A stretch of 64,000 nt of DNA from Candidatus Velthaea sp. (GTDB taxonomy: Bacteria; Vulcanimicrobiota; Vulcanimicrobiia; Vulcanimicrobiales; Vulcanimicrobiaceae): positions 1 through 64,000 of the forward strand of contig JBEKHC010000007.1 in NCBI GenBank assembly GCA_050012475.1, given 5' to 3'. Made by a program: the position numbers and the translations under genes. Every line of letters starts with the position of its first letter. Within the stretch, counting starts at the first letter, position 1. The notes below the pieces were generated by a model. The model was not told where the DNA came from, ran no database searches, and saw only the letters and a program-made list of their open reading frames with translations. This document shows positions 48,981 to 58,279 of the stretch, piece after piece.

Positions 48981-51297
48981 GGAAGCGTCGCTCGAAAGCG
49001 ACGTCCTGCGCATCATCGAGCGGCGCAAGCAACTCGCGATCGGGTTGTCGGACGCCGAGATTCGCAGCATCGTGCGCAAGCTCGGGCGGCTGCCCTCCGA
49101 CGTCGAGCTGTACGCGTTCGATGCGCAGTGGAGCGAGCATTGTTCGTATAAATCCAGTCGCCGTCATCTGCGCAAGCTGCCGACGGACGGTCCGACGGTC
49201 ATGCAAGGACCGGCCGAGGATGCCGGCATTCTGCACCTCGGCGAATGGCAAGGCGATGCCTACGGCGTGGTGATCGCGCACGAGTCGCACAACCATCCCT
49301 CGCAAGTGGTGCCGTTCGAGGGCGCGGCGACGGGGATCGGCGGGATCGTCCGCGATGTCTTGTGCATGGGCGCCGAGGTGATCGCGATCGCGGACCCGCT
49401 GCGGTTTGGCCGGCTCGACGATCCGCATTGCCGCTACGTTGCGCAAAGCGTGGTCGACGGCATCGCCGCCTACGGCAACGCGATCGGCGTGCCCAACATC
49501 GGCGGCGACGTGTACATCGATGCGTCGTTCGACGACAACGTGCTCGTCAACGTCGTCGCGCTGGGTTTGGTCAAGCAAACCGACATCATCCATTCCAAAG
49601 CACCGGCCGATTCGCTGGGCTGGGACATCGTGCTCGTCGGCAAGGCCACCGATCGCAGCGGGTTCGGCGGCGCGTCGTTTTCGTCGGTCACGCTCGATGA
49701 AGCCGATGCGCAAGCCAACAAGGGAGCGGTGCAAGTCCCCGATCCGTTCTTGAAAAACGTGATCATCCGGGCGTCCTACGCGGTGTTCGCCGAATTGCGG
49801 CGGCGCAAGATCACTGCCGGCTTCAAGGATCTGGGTGCCGGCGGGTTGGCCGGCTGCAGCGCCGAGCTGGTCGCCGCCGGCGGCTTCGGCGCGCAGATCG
49901 ATCTGGGGCGCGCGCCCACCGCGCAGCCCAACCTGCCCGCGCCCGTCATCGCGATCGGCGAAACCCAAGAGCGGCTGTGCTGGATCGTTCCGCCCGCGTT
50001 CACCCCGGAGCTGCTGCGCATCTATAACGAAACCTTCTCGCTGCCCGCCATCGCGCGCGGCGCGTGTGCAGCGGTGATCGGCACGGTAACCGGCACCGGC
50101 CGCTACGTGGCAACCCATCACGGCAGCGTGGTGATGGACGTTCCGCTCGATTTCCTGACCGAGGGCGTGCGCTACAATCGTCCCTACACCATCGCTCTGC
50201 CGGATGCCGAGCCGATCGACGCGCTGCGCGAGCGCATCGGTTCCGCGTTGCCGCCTTTGACCCGCGCCGAAATTCTGACGCGGATCGTGGCCCACCGCGA
50301 CGTGTGTTCGCGCGCGGCGATCTTCGAGCGCTACGACGCGGTCGTGCGCGGCACGACCGCGGTGCCGCCGGGCTACGCGGATGCCGGCGTGATCGTGCCG
50401 ATTCCGGGCGCGCCGCTGGCGATCGCCCTGGCGGTCGACGGCAATCCGCGCTACGGCAAAATCGACGCTCAGCGCGCCGCCGAACTCGCCGTCGTCGAAG
50501 CCGTCTGCAACGTCGCGGCGGTCGGCGCGCGGCCGCTGGGGATGACCGACTGCCTCAACTTCGGCGATCCGACCGATCCGCGTCAGCTCGGCGAATTCGT
50601 CGCCGCGGTCGACGGCTTGGCGCACGCCGCGCGCGAATTGGGCACGCCGTTCGTCTCGGGGAACGTCAGCCTCTACAACCAATCCAAAGCCGGCCGCGCC
50701 GTGGCGCCGTCGCCGATCGTCGCCTGCGTCGGCGGGATCGCGGACATCGCGCTCACCGCCACCTCGGCCTTCAAGCGCGCGGGCTCGACGCTGCGCTACA
50801 TCGGCGCGCCGCAAGCGGCGCTGGGCGGATCGGTGTATGCGGACGTCATGGGCTTCGCGACCAACGCCCTGCCGGTGCCCCACTACGCGCAGATTCGCAA
50901 AGCCTTGGCCTTGCTGCAGACGGCATATGCCCGCAATCTGGTGTACGCGGCGCACGACGTGAGCGACGGCGGGTTGCTCGCCTGCACCGCCGAGATGGCG
51001 TTCGCGACCCTCGACGGGACGCCGGTCGGCGCGCGCTTGGACGCGCCGCACTGGGCCGGCGACTTGCTCGAACGCGAGATCTGGTTCGCCGAGTACGGCG
51101 GTTTCGTCGTCGAAGTCAGCGACGACGCCGCCTTCGCCCGGCTCGCCGCCGAACTGCAAACCGACGCTCCGGCGATCGGGGTGACGCTTGCACGCGCCGA
51201 ACTCGTGCTGAGCGCGCCGGACGAAACGATCGGGCTGGCCGAATTGCGCGAAGCCTGGTCCGCGCCGCTGCGTGACTTTTACGGAACGGCCGCGTGA
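48973..51297 (+). CDS. purL: phosphoribosylformylglycinamidine synthase subunit PurL (small type)
   Basis: WSEHCSYKSS, ESHNHPS..PF.GAATG.GGI.RD, DLGAGG, ETQER, DCLNFG.P, SGNVSLYN, HDVSDGG. Confidence 0.97.
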   Translation: MLEEASLESDVLRIIERRKQLAIGLSDAEIRSIVRKLGRLPSDVELYAFDAQWSEHCSYKSSRRHLRKLPTDGPTVMQGPAEDAGILHLGEWQGDAYGVVIAHESHNHPSQVVPFEGAATGIGGIVRDVLCMGAEVIAIADPLRFGRLDDPHCRYVAQSVVDGIAAYGNAIGVPNIGGDVYIDASFDDNVLVNVVALGLVKQTDIIHSKAPADSLGWDIVLVGKATDRSGFGGASFSSVTLDEADAQANKGAVQVPDPFLKNVIIRASYAVFAELRRRKITAGFKDLGAGGLAGCSAELVAAGGFGAQIDLGRAPTAQPNLPAPVIAIGETQERLCWIVPPAFTPELLRIYNETFSLPAIARGACAAVIGTVTGTGRYVATHHGSVVMDVPLDFLTEGVRYNRPYTIALPDAEPIDALRERIGSALPPLTRAEILTRIVAHRDVCSRAAIFERYDAVVRGTTAVPPGYADAGVIVPIPGAPLAIALAVDGNPRYGKIDAQRAAELAVVEAVCNVAAVGARPLGMTDCLNFGDPTDPRQLGEFVAAVDGLAHAARELGTPFVSGNVSLYNQSKAGRAVAPSPIVACVGGIADIALTATSAFKRAGSTLRYIGAPQAALGGSVYADVMGFATNALPVPHYAQIRKALALLQTAYARNLVYAAHDVSDGGLLACTAEMAFATLDGTPVGARLDAPHWAGDLLEREIWFAEYGGFVVEVSDDAAFARLAAELQTDAPAIGVTLARAELVLSAPDETIGLAELREAWSAPLRDFYGTAA

Positions 51298-52091
51298 CCG
51301 CGCGCGTCGCCGTGCCGGTCTTCCCCGGCACCAATAGCGAAGACGAGACCGTCCGGGCGCTGCAAGCCGCCGGGCTCGCTGCCGAAGCCGTGCACTGGAG
51401 CCGGGGCGGCCGGGCATTGCAGGCGTTCGACGCGTTCGTTTTGCCGGGCGGATTCGCGTACGAAGACCGGGTGCGCGCCGGTGCCGTCGCGGCCCACGAC
51501 GAGATGACCGATGCGGTGATCGCCGCGGCGCAAGCGGGAAAATTCGTGCTCGGCATCTGCAACGGCGCTCAGATTCTGCTCGAGACGGGCCTGGTGCCGG
51601 GGACCGGGCCGATCCGCCGGCCGACGGCCGCGTTTACCCCCAATCGCGACGGCGGCCGCTATCTGTGCCGGCACGTCTACGCGCGCTTCGCGGTCGCGCC
51701 CGAGCGCGTGCCGGCGCTGGGCGGTCTTGCGCCGGGCGCCGTCATCCCGATGTGGCTCTCGCACGGCGACGGCCGGCTGGCGGCGCGGCCCGATGAACTC
51801 GCCCGGCTCGCTGCGGGCGGCTACGTCGCCTTCGTCTATTGCAACGCTGCAGGCGAGCCGGCGGCGGCGCCGCAAGGCTCGGCGCTCGACTGCGCGGCAC
51901 TGACCAACGCCGCGGGAACGGTGGTCGCGATCATGCCGCACCCCGAACGCGACGCTTGGACCTTCATGCATCGCGACGGACCCGCGAAGTTGCGCGCGCG
52001 CGGCGTGACCGGCGAGATGCTGGCGCCCGCGGGCGGCAGTGTGTTCTTCAGCGCGTTCGCGCAAGCGCTGCGCAGCGGCGCGGTGCGCTGA
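51294..52091 (+). CDS. purQ: FGAM synthase glutaminase subunit
   Basis: FPGTN, LPGGF.Y.D..R.G, GICNG.QIL.E.GL.PG, HGDG, MPHPER. Confidence 0.96.
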   Translation: MTARVAVPVFPGTNSEDETVRALQAAGLAAEAVHWSRGGRALQAFDAFVLPGGFAYEDRVRAGAVAAHDEMTDAVIAAAQAGKFVLGICNGAQILLETGLVPGTGPIRRPTAAFTPNRDGGRYLCRHVYARFAVAPERVPALGGLAPGAVIPMWLSHGDGRLAARPDELARLAAGGYVAFVYCNAAGEPAAAPQGSALDCAALTNAAGTVVAIMPHPERDAWTFMHRDGPAKLRARGVTGEMLAPAGGSVFFSAFAQALRSGAVR

Positions 52092-52555
52092 TGGAGGTGC
52101 TCGAGAAGGCGTTTGCCGTCGCGCTGACCATCCCCGACAACGAAGCGTTCACCGCGCTCGAAACGCTGCGCCGGTTGGGCTTTGTGCTGGGCGGCGTCCG
52201 CCGCGCCGACATCTGGTCCTTCGAGGTGGACGCGCCGGCGGCCGCGGCGCTGGCCGACACGATTGCGACCATCGAGACGCTTTTCAATCCCAACAAACAC
52301 GAGATCGCCGAGCGGCCCGGCGCGCGGCCGCAAGCCGGCGAGGTCTGGATCGCGCCGTTCGACGACCCGGGCGTGGGCAGCATCGGCCGCGGCTCGATCC
52401 CCGGCGTGCACGCGGTACGGCGGCGGGTCGCCTGGCAACTGCTCGATGAGTCCGGCAGCATCGTCGCGCCAAACGTGCTCGAGCGCGCCGTTGAGACATT
52501 TCTGTGTAACCCCGCGTTTCAGAAAGCAATAGGATGTGGATCGATGAACTGGTGA
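52091..52555 (+). CDS. purS: PurS-like protein with two tandem PurS-like units
   Basis: Lies after purQ with TGATG coupling. Unit 1 is PDNEAFTALETLRRLGF..VRR..LFNPNKH. Unit 2 is DDP..PGVHAVRR..FLCNPAFQ. Confidence 0.68.
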   Translation: MEVLEKAFAVALTIPDNEAFTALETLRRLGFVLGGVRRADIWSFEVDAPAAAALADTIATIETLFNPNKHEIAERPGARPQAGEVWIAPFDDPGVGSIGRGSIPGVHAVRRRVAWQLLDESGSIVAPNVLERAVETFLCNPAFQKAIGCGSMNW

Positions 52556-52559
52556 CGCG

Positions 52560-53636
52560 ATGAGCATGATGGTGGAGACGCAACGCGATCAGCTAGGCGA
52601 GGACGCCGAAGCGCGGCAATTCTACACGATCGCTACACTGGGGTCGCACTCCGCCCTGCAGATCCTCAAAGGCGCGCACGACGAGGGCTTCCGCACGCTG
52701 GCGATCGCGACGCGTGACACCGAGCGTTTGTATCGAAGCTTCGCCTTCGTCGACGAAGTCATCGTGATCGCTCAGTACTCCGACTTCATCAAGCTCGTGC
52801 CCGATCTGGAGCGGCGCAAGATCATCGTCGTTCCGCACGGTTCGTTCGTCGCTTATCTGTCGCTCGACGATCATAAGAAGATGCGCATTCCGTACTTCGG
52901 CAACAAGGCGGTGCTCGATTGGGAAGCCAGCCGCGAACTGCAGCGTCAGTGGCTGACGCGCGCCGGTCTGCGCGTACCGCGTCAGTTCCGCACCGGCGCC
53001 GAAATCGATCGCCCTGTGATCGTCAAGCTCTACGGCGCGCAAGGCGGCAAGGGGTACATGTTCCTGCGCGACGCGCTGGATTTTGAAGAACGCGCCAGCT
53101 TGCTCGCCCGGCAGAATTATATTCTGCAAGAGTACATCATTGGCGTGCCGCTCTACATTCACTATTTTTATTCGCCGCTGACCGGCCGGCTCGAGATCAT
53201 GTCGATGGACCGGCGCTACGAGACCAACGTCGATTCGCTGGGGCGCATCCCGTCGCGTGCGCAAGAGAGCATGGACATCGACCCGTCGTATGTCGTGGTC
53301 GGCAACTCACCGCTGAGCCTGCGCGAATCGATGTTGGCCGAAGCGTATCGGATGGGTGAGGACCTGGTGCGCGTCAGCCAGGAAATCTGCGGTCCCAAAG
53401 GGCTGTTCGGCGCATTCTGCATCGAAACGATCATCACGCCGGACGCCCAGTTCTACATCATGGAAGTTTCGGCGCGCATCGTCGCGGGTACCAATTTGTT
53501 CATTGACGGTTCGCCGTATTCGTATCTCAATTACAGCGAGCCGATGTCGACCGGCCGCCGCATCGCGCGCGAAATCAAAAACGCTTTGCTCACCAATTCG
53601 CTGAGTGCCGTGCTGGATGACTCGAGCGTTCTTTGA
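52560..53636 (+). CDS. purP: archaeal-type formate-dependent AICAR transformylase (FAICAR synthetase, ATP-grasp)
   Basis: IATLGSHSALQIL.GA.DEGF.T, PHGSFVAY, GA.GGKGY, QEY..G, YFYSPL, DRRYE.N.D, VVGN.P..LRES.L, G.FC.E, E.SARIVAGTN, MSTGRRIAREIK. Confidence 0.92.
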   Translation: MSMMVETQRDQLGEDAEARQFYTIATLGSHSALQILKGAHDEGFRTLAIATRDTERLYRSFAFVDEVIVIAQYSDFIKLVPDLERRKIIVVPHGSFVAYLSLDDHKKMRIPYFGNKAVLDWEASRELQRQWLTRAGLRVPRQFRTGAEIDRPVIVKLYGAQGGKGYMFLRDALDFEERASLLARQNYILQEYIIGVPLYIHYFYSPLTGRLEIMSMDRRYETNVDSLGRIPSRAQESMDIDPSYVVVGNSPLSLRESMLAEAYRMGEDLVRVSQEICGPKGLFGAFCIETIITPDAQFYIMEVSARIVAGTNLFIDGSPYSYLNYSEPMSTGRRIAREIKNALLTNSLSAVLDDSSVL

Positions 53637-53640
53637 GCGC

Positions 53641-54735
53641 GTGAAGCGCGCGGGCTGCGCGGCCGTCGCGGCAGCCCTGGTTGCGGGCGCACCTCCGGCG
53701 GCGCAAGCCGAGCTGCAGACCGACCCGATGGTGCTCTACGGCACGATGAAGGCGGCGTACGATAAAGGCATCGCGTCGGGCTGGCACTTGGGCGACGAGC
53801 TGGATTATTTCTCAACCGTGCTCGATGCCGGCCGCGCGTTCGAACTGCGCCGCCGCGACGATCCGGAGAATGCCGCCCTCAAGGGCACGGCCGTCGATTT
53901 GGCCGCGCGGTTGCACTACGATCCGCTCATCAATCGCGATGCCGCCGAGTGGTACGTTCGGCTGGCGGCGCAAACCTACGCCAACGATCCCGCCCGCGGC
54001 GCCGCCGCGCAGGCGCTGCTTGCCAAGCTCGACGCTGAGGACGCGAATTTCACCACGCTCGCGCACGACGCCGATGCCGACGCGAGTGCCAACGCCGCCA
54101 ACTATGCCGGCGACGTCCAAGCGTTGCTCGGCCGGGTCGACGCCGACGTGCGTGCCTACGATTTGACGAAGGATTCGTATTACCGGTCGCTGGCGCTGCA
54201 GCGCGCGGCGGAGCCGGATTTCCCGATCGCACTCGTGCCGCCCGAAACGGCGAAGGACCTCAACGTGTTCACCGATGCCGCGCGGCTCGGGCGGATCGGC
54301 TACTCGACGAACGATCAGGAAGCGGCCAAGGCGATCGTTTCGCATCGCGCCACCGCGAAAACGATCCCGACGATCGGCCACGTCTTGTCGCACCAAGCGT
54401 ACTTGGTCGTGACGGCGCCGGCCGACGAGTATTTCGGTCAAACCAAGCTCTCGCCGCTGGGCGTGCGCAATGCGCTCCTGCACATCACGAAATATCTCGA
54501 CGCCGGGTGGGGATCGCAGATGACCGGCGAGGCGCTCTACGTCGTCGATGCACTCGACGATTGGCGTCAGCAATATCCGCGCGACTACGAGCTCCCGCGG
54601 TTGCTGCTCAATGCCTACAAAACACTCGACCGCATCAACTCACCGCAAGCCCGCGACGCCGAGATCCGGGTGAAGCGGCTGCTCACCGTCGAATACAACG
54701 CCACGGACGAAGCACGGTCGCTGCTTGAAGGCTGA
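53641..54735 (+). CDS. secreted alpha-helical hypothetical protein
   Basis: Signal-peptide-like MKRAGCAAVAAALVAGAPPAAQA-ELQ and host-like codon usage. C-terminal APADEYFG..KLS.LG.RN and W..QYPRD..LPR.L motifs. Confidence 0.75.
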   Translation: MKRAGCAAVAAALVAGAPPAAQAELQTDPMVLYGTMKAAYDKGIASGWHLGDELDYFSTVLDAGRAFELRRRDDPENAALKGTAVDLAARLHYDPLINRDAAEWYVRLAAQTYANDPARGAAAQALLAKLDAEDANFTTLAHDADADASANAANYAGDVQALLGRVDADVRAYDLTKDSYYRSLALQRAAEPDFPIALVPPETAKDLNVFTDAARLGRIGYSTNDQEAAKAIVSHRATAKTIPTIGHVLSHQAYLVVTAPADEYFGQTKLSPLGVRNALLHITKYLDAGWGSQMTGEALYVVDALDDWRQQYPRDYELPRLLLNAYKTLDRINSPQARDAEIRVKRLLTVEYNATDEARSLLEG

Positions 54736-54747
54736 CGTCGAGCGTCC

Positions 54748-55887
54748 ATGACCGCCGCCTTCGACGTTCGTGCTGCGCTCGCGACCTACGAGCCGGCGGC
54801 GCTGACGCTGTGCTCGATCGGCAGCCACTCGGCGCTCGAAGTCGCCGCCGGCGCGCGCGCCTGCGGTCTGCGCAATCTCATCGTTACCGAGAGCGGCCGC
54901 GAGCGCACGTACACCGAGCACTATTTTCGCAAGCCCGCTCCGCCGCGCGGCTGCGTCGATGCGGTCTTGGCGCTGGCGAAGTTCAGCGACGTGCTCGATC
55001 CGGGCGTTCAAGACCGGCTGCTGGCGCAGAACGTGCTCTTCGTGGCGAACCGTTCGTTCGAGGTGTATTTGCGCCAACGCTACACGTACCCCGAGATCGA
55101 ACGCGGGATGCGCGTGCCGTTCTTCGGCTCGCGCACGCTGCTGCGCGCCGAAGAGCGCGACGAGGCCGACAACCAGTATGCGCTGCTCGAGCGCGCCGGG
55201 GTCCGCTATCCCAAACAATTTGCCCACGCCCGCGACATCGACCGGCTGTGCATCGTCAAGGCGCCCCACGCGAAGGTCTCATTCGAACGCGCGTTTTTCC
55301 TGGCGCGTTCGAGCGCGGATTACGAACGGCAGTGCGCGCTGTTGCTGGCCGACGGCATGGTCGATGAAACCGGCTTGCGCGGGGCGGTGATCGAGGAGTT
55401 CGCGCTCGGGCCGTCGGTCAATTTGAATTTCTTCTATTCGCCGATGCTGGGTGAACTCGAACTCATGGGCACGGACACGCGCCGTCAAACCAACCTCGAG
55501 GGGCTCAAGAATCTGCCGTTCGCACAAGCGCAGGCGCTCGCCGACGAGCCGGTGCGTTTGGAAGAAGCCGGACATATCTCGGCGACGCTGACCGAGTCGA
55601 TGCTGGAAAAAGCCTTCGCGATGGGCGAACGGTTCGTGCGCGCGACGCAGGCGAAGGGCCGGCGCGGCATCATCGGCCCGTTCGCGCTGCAATGCATCAT
55701 CGTCGCGGGCCCGCCCAAGGACTTCATCGTCTACGACGTCTCGCTGCGCATCCCGGGCTCGCCCGGCACGCGCTTCACCCCCTATTCGTCGTACCGGTGG
55801 GGCCGCGACGTTTCGGTCGGCGAACGCATCGCGATGGAAGTGGTCTGGGCGCGCGACGCCGGCCGGCTCGCGGATATCTTGACCTAA
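54748..55887 (+). CDS. purP: second PurP-family (DUF1246/DUF1297) ATP-grasp paralog
   Basis: SIGSHSALEV..GA, NRSF.VY, FG.R.LLR.EER, DIDR..IVK, FERAFF, IEEF..G..NLNFFYSP, D.RRQTN..G, GH...T..ES.LEK, GIIGPFALQ, DVS.RIPGSPG, GERIA.E. Confidence 0.88.
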   Translation: MTAAFDVRAALATYEPAALTLCSIGSHSALEVAAGARACGLRNLIVTESGRERTYTEHYFRKPAPPRGCVDAVLALAKFSDVLDPGVQDRLLAQNVLFVANRSFEVYLRQRYTYPEIERGMRVPFFGSRTLLRAEERDEADNQYALLERAGVRYPKQFAHARDIDRLCIVKAPHAKVSFERAFFLARSSADYERQCALLLADGMVDETGLRGAVIEEFALGPSVNLNFFYSPMLGELELMGTDTRRQTNLEGLKNLPFAQAQALADEPVRLEEAGHISATLTESMLEKAFAMGERFVRATQAKGRRGIIGPFALQCIIVAGPPKDFIVYDVSLRIPGSPGTRFTPYSSYRWGRDVSVGERIAMEVVWARDAGRLADILT

Positions 55888-55889
55888 CC

Positions 55890-55920
55890 GGATTCGCGGC
55901 GCTGAACGCGCTGCGAATCC
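55890..55920 (+). terminator. 13-bp hairpin closing the purine operon (no T-tract)
   Basis: GGATTCGCGGCGC-TGAAC-GCGCTGCGAATCC immediately after the stop codon. Confidence 0.5.
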
Positions 55921-56186
55921 ATGGCGTTTGACGCTGCGCGCCAAGCGGCGCGCGTCCCTTGGCGTTGCGCGCAAGCTGCGCGTTCGGACCTACATGTTTG
56001 GGCTGCGCGGTCGGCGACGGTCGACCGTTCTCGGCGCGGCCCGCGCGGCGTTCGCCAAGCGGTGTCTGCGCTGCGGCGTTGGGGAATGGCAGGACGTGCG
56101 TTCAAGTCGGAATCCAAACGAAGGGAGCGCCGAACGGCTATCCCTAAAGGGCGGCGTATGCATCGATCTTTTTAGAGGAGAACTCC

Positions 56187-56396
56187 ATGAGCGTTTATCG
56201 CGTGACTGAGATCATCGGTACGAGTTCGAAGAGCTGGGAGGATGCGGCCCAGACGGCGCTGTCCACCGCCGCCGGAACATTGCGCGACTTGCGGGTCGCC
56301 GAAGTCGTCGAACAGGACATTGCCCTCGACGAGAAAGGCGGGATCGAAGCGTTCCGTATCAAGTTGAAGATCAGCTTCAAGTACGAAAAAGAGTAA
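56187..56396 (+). CDS. dodecin family flavin-binding protein
   Basis: GAGGAG RBS. VY.V.E.IGTS..SWEDAA..A...A..TLRDLR.AEV...D, R.KL..SFKYE. Confidence 0.93.
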   Translation: MSVYRVTEIIGTSSKSWEDAAQTALSTAAGTLRDLRVAEVVEQDIALDEKGGIEAFRIKLKISFKYEKE

Positions 56397-56539
56397 CGCC
56401 GCTTCGACGTGAAGCGGTGCGCGCGTCGCGAACGAGGCCGATGTTCCGGCTCGAGCCGGCATCGCCAGCGTTCGCGGCCAGCCGGCGAACGCGTTCTACT
56501 GAAACCGGTGGGCATGCCCGGTGGGGCGGGGAGAGGTGT

Positions 56540-58279
56540 ATGTCGACAAATGCGGCGTTTACGATCCAGCACGTTGGAAGTTCCGAGGTGGTCGAAACCG
56601 ATCTCACGGGCGTCGATCTGCTCAACGTTCCGCTGCTCAACAAGGGCACGGCATTCTCTGAAGACGAGCGCGACGCATTTCTGCTGCACGGTCACTTGCC
56701 ACCGCACGTGGGTACGCTCGAAGAACAGGTGCGGCGGCGAATTCAAGCGCTGCGCGGTTTGGGTTCCGATCTGGAGCGCTATCTGTTCGTTCGCACGCTT
56801 CAGGACACGAACGAAACGCTCTTCTACGCGCTCGTGACCAAACACCTCGAGGAGCTCAATCCGATCGTCTACACGCCGACGGTCGGTGCGGCGTGCCAGC
56901 GGTTCAGCCAGTTCTTTGCCCGGCCGCGCGGTTTGTTTCTGAGTTGGCCGCAGCGTGCAAAGATCGAGCAAATCTTGTCCAATACCCGGTTCGACGCCGT
57001 CGAGGCGATCGTGGTGACCGACGGCGAGCGCATTTTGGGCTTGGGCGATCAGGGCGCGGGCGGCATGGGAATTCCGATCGGCAAGCTTGCGCTCTACACC
57101 GCGTGCGCCGGTCTGCATCCCCGAACCACGCTGCCGGTGATGCTCGACGTGGGCACCGACAATGCGGAGCGGTTAGAGGATCCGCTCTACATCGGTTGGC
57201 GTCACGAGCGGCTGCGCGGCCAAGTGTACGACGATTTCATCGAGGCGTTCGTGAGTGCCGTGGAGCGCCGCTGGCCGCACGTGCTGCTGCAGTGGGAGGA
57301 TTTCGCGCGCGATAACGCCGGCCGGCTGCTGGACAAGTATCGCGACCGGTTGTGTTCGTTCAACGATGACATCCAGGGCACGGCCGCGATGGCCGCCGGA
57401 ACGCTGTTGGCGGCCATCGCAGTCACCGGCGGAACCTTGCGCGACCAGCGCATCGTCATCTTCGGCGCGGGTTCGGCCGGCTGCGGCATCGGCGGCCAAT
57501 TGCAGCGTTTGATGGCCGCGGCGGGATTGTCGGCGGACGAGATTGGCCGCCGTTTCTTTGCCGTGGATCGCAACGGATTGCTCGTCGAAGGCGACCCGGA
57601 TCTGCAATCGTATCAGCTGCCGTTCGTGCAGCCGCGCAGCGCCGTCGCGGACTGGCGGCTGGAACATCCGGGCCGGATAATGCTCGACGACGTGATCGAG
57701 AACGTCAAGGCGACGGTCCTCATCGGGGTGTCGGGGCGCGGCGGCACCTTCACCGAACACGTCGTTCGAACGATGGCGCGCGACACGGCGCGGCCGATCA
57801 TCTTTCCGCTCTCGAATCCGACGGCGAACATTGAGGCAAAGCCCGAGGACCTCATCGCCTGGACCGAAGGCCGCGCGATCGTCGGTACCGGCAGCCCGTT
57901 CTTGCCGGTCAAATACGGCGGCACGTTGATCAAGATCGATCAAACGAACAATTCGTATACCTTCCCCGGGATCGCGCTGGGCGTGCTTGCCGTGCAAGCC
58001 CGGCGCGTGAGCGATGGTATGCTCGAAACCGCGGCGGCCACGTTGGCCGCCGCCTCGCCGGCGCGCCGCAACCCCGGAGCGACGCTGCTGCCGCCCGTCG
58101 CCGATTTACGCAAGGTCGCGGTGTTGATAGCGGAAGCCGTCGCGAAACAAGCGCGCGACGAAAACCTGTGCGACCCGCTCTCGAACGCCGAGATCAGCGA
58201 GCAGATCGCGCGCAAAATGTGGACACCGGTCTATCCGGCGTTTCGCCGCGGGTCAAAAGGCCGCGACGCCGTTGGGTGA
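56540..58279 (+). CDS. maeA: NAD-dependent malic enzyme
   Basis: P.LNKGTAF, NETLFY, PIVYTPTVG.AC, VTDGERILGLGDQG, QWEDF, FNDDIQGT, GAGSAG.G, FPLSNPT, GSPF, NN.Y.FPG. Confidence 0.96.
   Translation: MSTNAAFTIQHVGSSEVVETDLTGVDLLNVPLLNKGTAFSEDERDAFLLHGHLPPHVGTLEEQVRRRIQALRGLGSDLERYLFVRTLQDTNETLFYALVTKHLEELNPIVYTPTVGAACQRFSQFFARPRGLFLSWPQRAKIEQILSNTRFDAVEAIVVTDGERILGLGDQGAGGMGIPIGKLALYTACAGLHPRTTLPVMLDVGTDNAERLEDPLYIGWRHERLRGQVYDDFIEAFVSAVERRWPHVLLQWEDFARDNAGRLLDKYRDRLCSFNDDIQGTAAMAAGTLLAAIAVTGGTLRDQRIVIFGAGSAGCGIGGQLQRLMAAAGLSADEIGRRFFAVDRNGLLVEGDPDLQSYQLPFVQPRSAVADWRLEHPGRIMLDDVIENVKATVLIGVSGRGGTFTEHVVRTMARDTARPIIFPLSNPTANIEAKPEDLIAWTEGRAIVGTGSPFLPVKYGGTLIKIDQTNNSYTFPGIALGVLAVQARRVSDGMLETAAATLAAASPARRNPGATLLPPVADLRKVAVLIAEAVAKQARDENLCDPLSNAEISEQIARKMWTPVYPAFRRGSKGRDAVG

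Noticed and set aside
55921..56175. ORF or repeat family between purP and dodecin
   Set aside because: Arg/Ala-rich low-complexity translation with only loosely similar GC palindromes. No definable repeat unit.
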